The notes under the pieces are model-generated. The model was not told where the DNA came from. It ran no database searches and was given only the letters and a program-made list of their open reading frames with translations. Below, one piece after another: positions 44,967 to 54,505 of a DNA stretch of 64,000 bases. The stretch covers positions 2,784,001 to 2,848,000 of the forward strand of contig OZ242008.1 of NCBI GenBank assembly GCA_965204735.1, given 5' to 3'. Position numbers and translations under genes: made by a program. Each line of letters opens with the position of its first letter. Positions within the stretch are counted from its first letter, which is position 1. The DNA comes from Longimicrobiales bacterium (GTDB lineage Bacteria; Gemmatimonadota; Gemmatimonadetes; Longimicrobiales; Gaopeijiaceae).

Positions 44967-46208
44967 ATGAACACCTTCGAGAGACGCCACGTCGCGGAAG
45001 TGCTCGACCTGCTGGACATGGGCGAGTCGGCCCCGATCGTGGCCGTCGTCGGCCCCCGGCAGACCGGCAAGACCACGATCGTGCGCCACGCCCTGCGAAC
45101 CCTGCGACGAGGGCGCATCTCCGGCTGGCACATCGCGGTCGACGACCCCGACGCCGACGAACCGGCCCCATGGCCCAGCGGTCGGGGAAGGCGCGACGCG
45201 GAGTGGCTGGTCAGCGTCTGGCGGGCCGCCCGAGAGGAGGCGCGATTGAACGAGCGGGGGTTCGTCCTGGCGCTCGACGAAGTGCAGCACGTGAAGGACT
45301 GGTCGCGAGTGGTGAAGGGACTGTGGGACCGGGACCGGGAGGAGGGCCGTCGGCTGCGCGTGATCGTGCTGGGCTCCGCTCCGTGGGACATGCTCACTGG
45401 AATCGGCGAGAGCCTGGTGGGCCGCTTCATGCCGGTGCACGTCCGGCAGTGGTCGCTGCGGGAGATGGCCGCCTTCGACTACTCCATGGACGACTACCTG
45501 TACTTCGGCGGCTACCCGCGCGCGGCTCGATGGAGGCGGAACTGGGTCGACTGGTGCCGGTACATCGTGGAGTCGATCGTCAAGCCGACGATCGGCAAGG
45601 ACATCCTCTCGCTCACGAGAGTCGACAAGCCTGCCTTGCTGCAACAGCTGATGGAGCTGATTCCCCGCTACTCGGGTCAGATTCTTTCCTACAACAAGAT
45701 GCTCGGCCCGCTGCAGGACGCCGGCAACACGACGACTCTGGCCCACTACCTGGAGCTGCTGGGAAACGCCGGACTGGCAGCGGGGCTGTCCAAGTACCCG
45801 CGCGCAGGCGGACGAGGATCAAGCCCCAAGCTGAACGTCCTCGACCCGGCGATCATGACGGCGATGCTGGGGTACGCTCCCGACGAGGCCAAGGCCGACA
45901 AGACGCTCTGGGGCAGAGTCGTGGAGAGCGCCGTCGGGGCTCATCTTCACAACACGCTTCCGCCAGCGGCGACGCTGCACTACTGGCGGCACGGCAACCG
46001 GGAAGTGGACTTCGTGCTGGCGCGAGGTCCCAGCGTGCTCGGACTCGAAGTGAAGAGCGGTCGGACGCATGGGACATCGAAAGGCCTCCAGGCATTCAAG
46101 GAACGTTTCCCGAAGTCCCGGACGCTGCTTGTCGGAGGCGGCGGGGTGCCCCTCGACGAATTCCTGTGGGAGCCAGCGTCCTACTGGCTGGAAGAGGGAT
46201 GGGTGTGA
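44967..46208 (+). CDS. Second AAA_14/DUF4143 ATPase
   Basis: GPRQTGKTT, ALDEVQH, IVLGSA, FGGYP, SSPKLNVLDPAI, YWRHGNREVDFVL...LEVKSG. Start taken at MNTFERRH. Confidence 0.9.
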   Translation: MNTFERRHVAEVLDLLDMGESAPIVAVVGPRQTGKTTIVRHALRTLRRGRISGWHIAVDDPDADEPAPWPSGRGRRDAEWLVSVWRAAREEARLNERGFVLALDEVQHVKDWSRVVKGLWDRDREEGRRLRVIVLGSAPWDMLTGIGESLVGRFMPVHVRQWSLREMAAFDYSMDDYLYFGGYPRAARWRRNWVDWCRYIVESIVKPTIGKDILSLTRVDKPALLQQLMELIPRYSGQILSYNKMLGPLQDAGNTTTLAHYLELLGNAGLAAGLSKYPRAGGRGSSPKLNVLDPAIMTAMLGYAPDEAKADKTLWGRVVESAVGAHLHNTLPPAATLHYWRHGNREVDFVLARGPSVLGLEVKSGRTHGTSKGLQAFKERFPKSRTLLVGGGGVPLDEFLWEPASYWLEEGWV

Positions 46209-49200
46209 TCGTTCCGCGCACCGTGACGACGGTCGAGCCAGACGCGAGCCCAGGCCGCCGCTCGAAGCTGTCCGACTTCCGGGACGAACGCTTCTACGTG
46301 CTGCTGGGGAGCCCCGGAGCGGGGAAGACGACCGCTTTCAAGGCGGAGGCGGGGCACGTTGACGACTCCCTCTACCTGACGGCACGCCAGGTGGTTCGCT
46401 CCCACACCCGCCCGAGGTCGGAATGGCGGGAAAAGACCTTGTTCATCGACGGGCTGGACGAGGTGCGGGCGGGGAAACACGACGTGCGCGAGCCTCTCGA
46501 CTGCATCCTCGACTGCCTGGTCCGATTGGACGGCCCTCGCGCCAGGCTCTCCTGCCGTTCGGCGGCGTGGCTGACCACAAGCGACATCGAAGCCATCAGC
46601 TCGGTCCCGGGCTACGAGCGTATGTGGGTGTTGCAGCTTGACCCGCTGACGGCAGGGGATGTGCGGGAGATCCTTGATCATCGCTTGGGGAAGGCCGCCT
46701 ACGGCTTCTTCGAGGTAGCGCACAGCAGAAGGTTGCACGGCCTTCTCGACAACCCGCTGTCGCTCGAGATGCTGGTGAAGGCGATGGGCAAGGGCAACGA
46801 GTGGCCCGAGAGCCGGGTCGAGACCTTTGAGCAGGCGTGCCTCGCACTGGCCACCGAGGTCAACGACGAGCACCGAACTGCTGTCCGCTACGCGACGGTT
46901 CAGGAGAAGGGACCACCCGTTCCGCCCCTCCGAGTCCTCGACGCGGCCAGTCGCATAGCGGCTCTGTACCTGCTCGCGGACAAGGACGGGATCGCGTGGG
47001 ACCGCTCCGACGTAGACGATCCAGACAGCGTGCTGCTGATCAGCGAGACCTCCGACTGCGACCGCCGCTCGACGAGGCAGGCATGGGAATCGGCTCTCTT
47101 TGTGCCGCAACGGTCGATGCGTGGCTGGCCCCACGGGCTGCTGGCGCTGAGCGACGACGAGGAACCTTCGATTCCGCAGCCGCCGCCCGGTGCCCACATC
47201 CCCATGCACGAGCATGTGGCCGCGTACTTGGCCGCCCGCCACTTGGAGAAGGCCGTCGCGGGAACCGCGGTCCTGCCCCGCGTGTTGAGTCTGCTGACGG
47301 CCGGAGGCGGCGTGCCCTCCCCCTTCAGAGGCGTAGCAGCTTGGTTGGCCGCGCTCTGCCCCGACGCCAGGCGGCTTCTGATCGACCTCGATCCGGTGGG
47401 CGTAGTGGCCTACGGCGACATCGGCGTCTTCGACGACGACGAGAAGGCGCACGTACTGGACCGACTTTCCGCGCACGCCGGTCCAAGCTCCAATCCTTGG
47501 ACCCTGCCGTACACCGCGCTGGGCGGCTTGGTGACTCCACGAACCATGAACGACCTGCGGCGCTGCATGAACGGAAACAGCCGCTCCGAGACCGTCCAGC
47601 AAGCCATGGCGCTGCTCCTGCGCGGGGTTGCAGCGGCCCCCTTGCGGTGCGGCGACCAAGTCTCGGGCAAGGAGCTGCTGGCGACGGCGCGAGACTCGAC
47701 GTGGTCCCCGTCGGTGCGCAACGCTGCTCTTGCCACCGCGATCGAGCTTCCCGACAACTCAGAGGAGGTCGCGATGAGGCTGCAGCTTCTGAAGGACATA
47801 AACGCGGGCAAGGTGGACGACCCCGGGGGCGACCTCCGAGCGTACCTGTTCCGCGACCTGTATCCGGGCCAACTTCCGCCGAAGGAGGCGTGGGACTACC
47901 TGCCGATCCCCGTCAATTCGATTATCGGAGCCCAGCTCTCTCAGTCGTCGCCCAGGCACTGTGGCCAGCTGCTCAACTCCCTGCACGCCCGGGTGACTCA
48001 ACTCGACTACATGTGGGACATCTCCCTGGAAGACCTGGCCTGGGAGCTGCTGGAGCGGGCGATCGAAACAGATGGCGGGAGCGTTCAAGTCGAAAAGTTG
48101 TACAACTGGATCGAACTCGCCGCCTTCAACTGGGGAGCCGGCATGTGGAGCCACAGGCCGCCCGACAACGAAATCCATGCGCGGTTTGGCGGCATGGACC
48201 CGGTGCACACGGTCCAACAGTGGCTGGCCAATCATCCAACAGTTCAGAAGGAACTACTCGTCACCTTCCTTCATCGGCATGCACATAAACAAAAGATAGA
48301 CCTTGCCTCCCAGGCGATGGAGTTTCGGCAGACCGTCTTCGGCGCCGGCCAGCCGGACGACTTCCATGAGTGGTGCTTCCAGCGGGCATCGGCGATGTCG
48401 GCGGAGTTCGAGAACCCCGCCCGATGGCTGGTCACATGTGCCGTCGAGCCCCGTCGCCGCTCGAGGTCGGCGGACGAGTGGTTGCCGACTGCGCTTCGGC
48501 GGGTGGACGACGACCCGGTCCTTGTCGATCAGCTCAGGGCACTTGCCGAGCACGATAGGGAGAGGCGACGCAGGGAGATGCAGTACCGCACTCGACGGCC
48601 GAAGAGGAAGGCGACTCTGGCCAGCCATGTCCTGGAGCACCGGGACGCGCTGCTGAAGGGCGCAGGCCCCGAAGAACTTCTTGTCGAGCTTGGCCGGGCC
48701 TACTTCGGCGACTTCGGCGAAGACCCCGTCGACGGCGCGGGCCGGTTGCGCGCCAAGCTGGCATCGGACGACAACGCCATCGACGTTGCGCTGAATGCGC
48801 TCGCGCGCGTGCCCACCGGCGGGGCCGGCCCCGACATCCCAGAGATCATGAAGCTCGACGGCGAGCGACGGTTCGCCGTTTGGGCGCTGCCGTTTCTGGC
48901 AGGCTTGGACGTCATGGCGCGCAGAGGGGCGGATGTTCCCGGGATCCTGGGCGAAGGTCTCGAACGGGCGGCTTGGTGCTACCTTGCCACGCCGCTGAAC
49001 GACCCAGAGATGCCCGGGTGGTTTGCCGATCTGCTGGAGTCGCATGCGGAGATGGTCGCCACGGTCTTTGTGAAGCTCCACCGCAATCGCATCCGATCCA
49101 AGCAAGACGACAGCGCCCTGCTGCCGACGGACGAACGCTACCGTCATGTGGCGCGGCTCGCGCTGCCCGATCTGCTCAAAGCGTTTCCGGCCAAGGGATA

Positions 49201-50422
49201 CGGCACTCAGCTGCTGCTTCTTCGACAGGTACTGGTTGCGGCGATCCTCCATGTGCCCGAGGAGGTGGCGCCGCGTGTTCGGGACAGGATGACCGTTCGC
49301 AAGATGAACGGAGCCCAGCGCATCACTTGGCTGGGCGCGGGCGTCGCAGTCGCGCCCAGCGAATTCGTTTCCGACGCCGTCGCCTTCGTCGAGAAGGGCA
49401 GACCCGCTCGTGGCAAGCACCTGGTGGACGTTCTGCACGCCGTCTGGGAGGCGCAGGAGGCGTACGACGGCGGACCTCTGTTCGACGCCGCCACGGAGCC
49501 CGCGGCCGTCGCCTCGCTTGTGAGCACCCTGGGCCGGAGGCACCGCCCCTTCTGGTCTGGAGTCGAGGGCGGGATTGGAGGATACACTGTGCTGGACAAT
49601 GCCAGCACCTTGGTCGAACACATGATCCTCGGATGCCTTGCCGACAACCCTACTCCCGCTGCTAGCCTTGAGCTGGACCGCCTGTCCAAAGACAGCGGCC
49701 TCAAGGAGTGGCACAACACGCTCAGGGAAGGCCTGGAGCGACAGCTGGAGCTGCGCTACAGCACGGAGCACAGCATTCCGACCGTCGAAGAAGTCGAATA
49801 CGTGCTCCGCGACGGACCGCCCGCAAGCGCCGCCGACCTCACGGCCCTGGTCGTGGACCGGCTGGAGCGCCTGGCAAGGGATATCCGTGATTCGAGCACG
49901 GACGACTGGCAGCAGTACTGGAACGAAGACAAGGGCAGGAAGAACGAGCGGCGCCCGCCGTGGCCGAAGGACGAGAACTCATGCCGAAACGCTCTGCTGT
50001 CGGCCCTCCGCCGGCGTCTGCCGAGCGGCGTGGACGCCCGTCGTGAGGCCAGCTACGCGGAGGAGGCGCGTGCAGACATCCGGGTGTGCTTCGGCTCCCA
50101 TGCGATCCCGATCGAGATCAAGAAGAGCAGCCATCGGGAGCTGTGGAGCGCGATGCGGAAGCAGTTGATGGCAAAGTACACGCGCGATCCCGAATCGGCG
50201 GGACACGGCGTGTACGTGGTCCTCTGGTTTGGCTCGGGCGGCCCCGAGCCGGCCAAGACCCCGCCGACCGGATCGCGCCCCAAGAGCCCCGACGAGCTGG
50301 CGCGCCGCCTGAAGGAAGACCTTTCGGAAGCCGAGCGGCTTCAGATCAAGATCGTCGTGGTCGACGTGAGCCGTCCTGCGACCGTCGTCGCTGGCGGGGG
50401 CCGTTCAGCGCGGCGCCGATGA
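46199..50422 (+). CDS. NACHT/STAND-like P-loop NTPase with long helical region and C-terminal PD-(D/E)XK-like nuclease (~1,400 aa)
   Basis: VLLGSPGAGKTT, LFIDGLDEVR, RLSCRS, NPLSLEML; C-terminal ENSCRN...EARADIRV...IPIEIKK...QLMAKYTRDP...GVYVVLWFG. Real start is ATG 46199 or GTG 46205 (GTGA overlap with the ATPase stop), not 44909. Confidence 0.8.
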   Translation: MGVIVPRTVTTVEPDASPGRRSKLSDFRDERFYVLLGSPGAGKTTAFKAEAGHVDDSLYLTARQVVRSHTRPRSEWREKTLFIDGLDEVRAGKHDVREPLDCILDCLVRLDGPRARLSCRSAAWLTTSDIEAISSVPGYERMWVLQLDPLTAGDVREILDHRLGKAAYGFFEVAHSRRLHGLLDNPLSLEMLVKAMGKGNEWPESRVETFEQACLALATEVNDEHRTAVRYATVQEKGPPVPPLRVLDAASRIAALYLLADKDGIAWDRSDVDDPDSVLLISETSDCDRRSTRQAWESALFVPQRSMRGWPHGLLALSDDEEPSIPQPPPGAHIPMHEHVAAYLAARHLEKAVAGTAVLPRVLSLLTAGGGVPSPFRGVAAWLAALCPDARRLLIDLDPVGVVAYGDIGVFDDDEKAHVLDRLSAHAGPSSNPWTLPYTALGGLVTPRTMNDLRRCMNGNSRSETVQQAMALLLRGVAAAPLRCGDQVSGKELLATARDSTWSPSVRNAALATAIELPDNSEEVAMRLQLLKDINAGKVDDPGGDLRAYLFRDLYPGQLPPKEAWDYLPIPVNSIIGAQLSQSSPRHCGQLLNSLHARVTQLDYMWDISLEDLAWELLERAIETDGGSVQVEKLYNWIELAAFNWGAGMWSHRPPDNEIHARFGGMDPVHTVQQWLANHPTVQKELLVTFLHRHAHKQKIDLASQAMEFRQTVFGAGQPDDFHEWCFQRASAMSAEFENPARWLVTCAVEPRRRSRSADEWLPTALRRVDDDPVLVDQLRALAEHDRERRRREMQYRTRRPKRKATLASHVLEHRDALLKGAGPEELLVELGRAYFGDFGEDPVDGAGRLRAKLASDDNAIDVALNALARVPTGGAGPDIPEIMKLDGERRFAVWALPFLAGLDVMARRGADVPGILGEGLERAAWCYLATPLNDPEMPGWFADLLESHAEMVATVFVKLHRNRIRSKQDDSALLPTDERYRHVARLALPDLLKAFPAKGYGTQLLLLRQVLVAAILHVPEEVAPRVRDRMTVRKMNGAQRITWLGAGVAVAPSEFVSDAVAFVEKGRPARGKHLVDVLHAVWEAQEAYDGGPLFDAATEPAAVASLVSTLGRRHRPFWSGVEGGIGGYTVLDNASTLVEHMILGCLADNPTPAASLELDRLSKDSGLKEWHNTLREGLERQLELRYSTEHSIPTVEEVEYVLRDGPPASAADLTALVVDRLERLARDIRDSSTDDWQQYWNEDKGRKNERRPPWPKDENSCRNALLSALRRRLPSGVDARREASYAEEARADIRVCFGSHAIPIEIKKSSHRELWSAMRKQLMAKYTRDPESAGHGVYVVLWFGSGGPEPAKTPPTGSRPKSPDELARRLKEDLSEAERLQIKIVVVDVSRPATVVAGGGRSARRR

Positions 50423-51497
50423 AGGTGTAGCGCACGCCGAGCTGGTAGGCGACCAAGAGCACGGCGGTGGCTGCCCCGCAGATCAGCAGGTAGGCCGCGT
50501 GGGGCGCCAACTCCCAATCGGTCGCAAGGATCTGTCCTCCGATGATCAGGGGAAGGTGCCACAGATAAATCCAGTAGGAGGCGTCCGACATGTAGCGTAT
50601 CCAATAGCGCTCGCGTCCCGCGATCCAGTGGAACAACCCCATCATGCCGAAGCTTGCGAGCCAAGCGAACGACACTTGGATCGCGGCCGACGCGATCTGG
50701 AACCAGCCGGCGTCGACGTGCGCGCTCAGCGCGGCGATCTGGTCGGGATATGCAAAAGCCACGCCGGGAACGAACAAGAGGAGCGCGACCGGCAGCACCG
50801 CGGCCCACCACCGGCGCACTGTCGTGCCGCGTTCGTGGAAGACGGCGCCGAAGAGGAAGAACAAGGAGTAGTAGAGGAGCGCGTCGGGGATCGGCAGGAA
50901 TCCCGAGGGGACGTCGACGCCGAAGGTCTCTCTCATGGTGTACTGGGGAACCGCGACCGCCGGGACGAGCAGCCACCAGAGACGGCTCCGGAACCGCGCG
51001 CCCATCCGCACCAAGACCAGGAAGGCTGCCGCCATCGGCAACAGGTACAAGAGAAACCACAGGTGATAGAGGTCCCGCGACCAGGCGGTCGCCCACCCGA
51101 CGAAGCCGGAGTGGCCGTCGGGGTAGAAGAGGGCCACGGTCGGAACCACCGTGAACATGCCCGCGACCAAGGGCACGACGATGCGGTTCAGCCGGTGCAC
51201 GGCCAGCGCGCGCGACCCCCGCCTGCGCCACAGCATGGCCGTGAAGAAGCCACTGAGCATGAAGAAGAGGGGCATCCTGAAGCCGTGAATCAGCAGCAGC
51301 AGGTACGAGTACGGGTTGGCCACCGGCGGCGTGTCGTGGGCGTACGGGTGGAAGACAGGCCAAGCCGGCACGTCGTTGTCGGGCTTCGGGTCGGGCAAGA
51401 GGAACAGGGCGGCGTGGAGGAGGACGCCGAGCATCATGGCGAAGGCCCGCAGGGCGTCCAGATCGTGAAAGCGCTTCGGCCCGGCTCGGTCTACCAT
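50346..51497 (-). CDS. Acyltransferase family 3 (OpgC/MdoC-like) membrane protein
   Basis: RFHDLDALRAFAMMLGVLLHA, IHGFRMPLFFMLSGFF, YHLWFLLYL, SDASYWIYLWHLP; multiple TM segments. ATG 51497 overlaps the upstream stop. Confidence 0.88.
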   Translation of the reverse strand: MVDRAGPKRFHDLDALRAFAMMLGVLLHAALFLLPDPKPDNDVPAWPVFHPYAHDTPPVANPYSYLLLLIHGFRMPLFFMLSGFFTAMLWRRRGSRALAVHRLNRIVVPLVAGMFTVVPTVALFYPDGHSGFVGWATAWSRDLYHLWFLLYLLPMAAAFLVLVRMGARFRSRLWWLLVPAVAVPQYTMRETFGVDVPSGFLPIPDALLYYSLFFLFGAVFHERGTTVRRWWAAVLPVALLLFVPGVAFAYPDQIAALSAHVDAGWFQIASAAIQVSFAWLASFGMMGLFHWIAGRERYWIRYMSDASYWIYLWHLPLIIGGQILATDWELAPHAAYLLICGAATAVLLVAYQLGVRYTFIGAALNGPRQRRRSQDGSRRPRRS

Positions 51498-52663
51498 TGC
51501 GTGGCGCGGTCGGCGTCCAGGGCGTCCGGCAATCTGTAGGGGATGCCCGCTTGCTCGAACAGAGAACGTTCGAGAAGCGTGATGAAGTTTCTGCTGCGTC
51601 GGCGAGCCAGGCCGCCGGGAAGCAAGCGGCTCAGCAAGGCCGCCGAGCGGTGCTGCCACTTCAGCAGGAAGAGAACGCCCGTGGTCCGCAACGGCGGGAA
51701 GCGGAGCTGGTCGGCAAGATCGTCGCCGACGAGCGCGCGGGAGACGCGGTACACGAACTTCGCCATCGCTTGCCGCTTCTTCGGCTCGGTGGCGCCGGTG
51801 ATCAGCGGCGCCGAGTTGATCAGGGCGTTGGCCATGAGAACGGCTTCTTCGTCGGGCTCCGGTTCGCAGCAGAAGCCGATGCGACAGAGCTCGAGCCCCT
51901 CCTCGAAGTCGCGAAAGAGGATCGTCTCGGGCACGCCGAACAGCCACGCCACGTAGCGCCATATCTGCACGAAGCTCTCGCCTTCCTCTTGGCTGATTCG
52001 GGCGCCGACCCGGCGAACCTGCTCCACGAGCAACGACGAGAAGGCCGCGGACGCGAACGCCATGTGGGCGGCGCTGATGGGGGCGCCGTCGCGATCTTCG
52101 TCCCATTCGCCCGGCTGGCGCAGGAGCCGCCGGATCTGCGCGTGCACGAGGCGAATGCGAACGGAGAGCTTCCAGCCGTCGCCGCTCCGCTCCAGTCCGC
52201 CCGGCAGGCAAATCTCGATCAGGTGGCGGTTGTTCTGCTGAAGGCGCCGAACGCCGTACTCGGTGAGCCTGCCGGTCCTGAAGAAGGACTTGCTGATCAA
52301 TGTGGAGAAGCCGCTGACGAGCACGCCCGTGACGTGCACGGCGATGAACAAGTCCGAGTACTGGTGGTACGCGCGCATCCCCGGCACCAAGGCTTGCAGG
52401 TCCACCCACGGCGGCGGCGCCGACACTTTGGCGAAGAACTCCTGCACCGCGGGCGGGGCGGCGGAGAGCACGTCGTCGCGCTGCTCCATTGCTGCGGCGA
52501 TCACCCGGTGCGCCTCTTGCTGGCCGTAGGGAGCGAGGGCCTCCACGGCGGCGTCCGCCAAGGGGTCGTCGACGAACGTGTGGCAGATGTAGTTGTCGGC
52601 CAGACGGCTGTTCAGAACGCGGGCCTTGTCGTATCCGGGCGCGTAGGCCGCAGGTGCGCGCAT
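51491..52663 (-). CDS. MpaB/rubber-oxygenase (Lcp)-like oxygenase, DUF2236
   Basis: DDPLADAAV, PPWVD, GWKLSVRIRLVHAQIRRLL, GAPISAAHM, IWRYVAWLFGVPE. Confidence 0.82.
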   Translation of the reverse strand: MRAPAAYAPGYDKARVLNSRLADNYICHTFVDDPLADAAVEALAPYGQQEAHRVIAAAMEQRDDVLSAAPPAVQEFFAKVSAPPPWVDLQALVPGMRAYHQYSDLFIAVHVTGVLVSGFSTLISKSFFRTGRLTEYGVRRLQQNNRHLIEICLPGGLERSGDGWKLSVRIRLVHAQIRRLLRQPGEWDEDRDGAPISAAHMAFASAAFSSLLVEQVRRVGARISQEEGESFVQIWRYVAWLFGVPETILFRDFEEGLELCRIGFCCEPEPDEEAVLMANALINSAPLITGATEPKKRQAMAKFVYRVSRALVGDDLADQLRFPPLRTTGVLFLLKWQHRSAALLSRLLPGGLARRRSRNFITLLERSLFEQAGIPYRLPDALDADRATQW

Positions 52664-52665
52664 TG

Positions 52666-53703
52666 TCACAGCGGATAACCCAGGATCGCCTGCCCGGGAC
52701 GGCAGGCTTGGGCCAGCTCCGCCTGTTCCGCCAGGTCCAGGTCGTCGAACTTGGAAACTGTGGGCCGGGGAATCGCGGACGCCGCGCGCACCCACTCGTC
52801 GTCCTCCAGCTCCGGGGCCACGAAGCGGATCAGGCGGCGCATCTGCGCCTCCGGCTCGGCCTGCACGTCCTCCATCTTCACGTTCAGAAGCGCGTCGGGG
52901 GGCAAGTCCGCCAGCACCCAGCGGCTGCGCTCGACCATCGCGCTCCAAAAGCGGCCGAAGTCGCCGAGCGTCAACTTGCCGTAGGGCAAGCGCTTGGGCG
53001 GGAGGAGCGTGCCGCCGAGCCACTCGATCCAGGGACTGACGCGGTTCCACTGCCGGCTCGTCGCGATCGAGCGCGCGGCGTCGATGCCCACCGACCGGAC
53101 TGCGCGAGTCGTGGCCACCAAGGTGGAGAAGACGTAGTGGTTGCGCATCGAGAGAGCCGTGTCCCGACCGTCCCGGTAGATGTGGACGATGCGGGCGTCC
53201 GGGTAGTCGCGCCTGAGCCGCGACGCCAGCAGCAGAGATGCGCCGGACCGCTCCACCCACACGTCTCGCTCGAACCGTCGGCACAGCCATTCGAAGAGTT
53301 CGCGGAAGTGCCTGCTGGGGCGTCGCCGAGGCCATGTCGGCACAACCTGCGCCAACTCGTCGAAGAGGGCGTCGCACTCGTTCGTGAGGTGAGGCAGCGT
53401 GGTGCACGCCAGCGGAGGGACGTCGGCGCGCGTGTAGCGCGCATCAGGCGAGTCGAAAGGATACAGCACTTCCTTGTAGCCGGCCTGCAGACCCTCGTGC
53501 AGCCACTTCGACTGGCGGCTGAACGCCCGCCAGATGTGCGCACCGCTGCACCGGCGTCGACGGAACGGTCCCTGGCCCACGGTCGTGAAGGTCTCGGACA
53601 AGCTGAGCACGCGCGGGTGAGCGTTCAGGACCTCGGAGAGCATGGTGGAGCCGCATCGTCCCGTGCTCAGCACCAACACGGGAGGCAGGGCGGTTCTGGT
53701 CAT
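52666..53703 (-). CDS. PAPS-dependent sulfotransferase
   Basis: VLSTGRCGSTMLSEVLNAHP (5'-PSB loop) and IVHIYRDGRDTALSM (3'-PB motif). Confidence 0.88.
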   Translation of the reverse strand: MTRTALPPVLVLSTGRCGSTMLSEVLNAHPRVLSLSETFTTVGQGPFRRRRCSGAHIWRAFSRQSKWLHEGLQAGYKEVLYPFDSPDARYTRADVPPLACTTLPHLTNECDALFDELAQVVPTWPRRRPSRHFRELFEWLCRRFERDVWVERSGASLLLASRLRRDYPDARIVHIYRDGRDTALSMRNHYVFSTLVATTRAVRSVGIDAARSIATSRQWNRVSPWIEWLGGTLLPPKRLPYGKLTLGDFGRFWSAMVERSRWVLADLPPDALLNVKMEDVQAEPEAQMRRLIRFVAPELEDDEWVRAASAIPRPTVSKFDDLDLAEQAELAQACRPGQAILGYPL

Positions 53704-53800
53704 GAAGGACCGGGAGCGTTCTCCAGCGAAATCGGGGGTAGGGGTTGCGATGTGCAAGATCGTCGGCCGTGCACGGTCGCGCAACCCGATCGAGATGCCG

Positions 53801-54505
53801 TCACTCGGATTCGTGGAGGTCCCCGGCCGCCGGCCAGCCTTGGGCGCCCACGAGAGGCACGAAGCGGACGCGGCCCAGCGTCTCCTGCACGAAGACGGCG
53901 CCCGGTCCGCGTCGCACCCGCACCAGGCTCTGCTCCTCGAGGCGCTCGCCCACGGGGGCGACCAGCCGCCCGCGGGGACCCAGCTGGTTGCGCAGGGCCC
54001 TGGGCACCGCCGGCCCGCCTGCCGACACGACCACCGCGTTGTAGGGGGCGTGCTCCGGCCAGCCCTCGGTGCCGTCGCCGTGACGGACCCTCACGTTGTG
54101 CGCGCCCAGAGCCGACAGCCGCTCCCGCGCTTCCGCCGCCAGCGAGGCGTGGCGCTCGACGGTGAACACGTCGCCCGCCAAGCGCCCCAGCACCGCCGCC
54201 GCGTAGCCGCATCCCGTCCCCACCTCCAGCACCCTGTCGTCCTCCGACAACTCCAGGGCCTCGGCCATCCACGCGACCACGTAGGGCTGGGAGACGGTCT
54301 GCCCGTTCGGGATCGGGAGCGGTCCGTCGCCGTAGGCCCAGCGTGCCAACTCCGGCGCGACGAACCGCTCCCGCGGCACGGTTGCCATCGCTTCCAGCAC
54401 TCTCGGGTCCGCCACGCCGCGACGGGCGATCTGGCGACGGACCATCCGCCGACGCTCGGCAGAGTAGTCCGGCGCCGGCGTCGGAGAGCCCGGTCCCGTC
54501 TTCAA
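53801..54505 (-). CDS. pcm: Protein-L-isoaspartate O-methyltransferase
   Basis: MATVPRERFV, AYGDGPLPI, GQTVSQPYVVA, VLEVGTGCGYAAA, GDGTEGWPEHAPY, VRFVPLVG. TTG start overlaps the upstream stop. Confidence 0.93.
   Translation of the reverse strand: MKTGPGSPTPAPDYSAERRRMVRRQIARRGVADPRVLEAMATVPRERFVAPELARWAYGDGPLPIPNGQTVSQPYVVAWMAEALELSEDDRVLEVGTGCGYAAAVLGRLAGDVFTVERHASLAAEARERLSALGAHNVRVRHGDGTEGWPEHAPYNAVVVSAGGPAVPRALRNQLGPRGRLVAPVGERLEEQSLVRVRRGPGAVFVQETLGRVRFVPLVGAQGWPAAGDLHESE

Noticed and set aside
44909..46198. N-terminal 430 aa of the 1837-aa ORF (apparent giant fusion)
   Set aside because: An alternative-frame overlap with the DUF4143 ATPase; protein-like sequence starts at 46199/46205.
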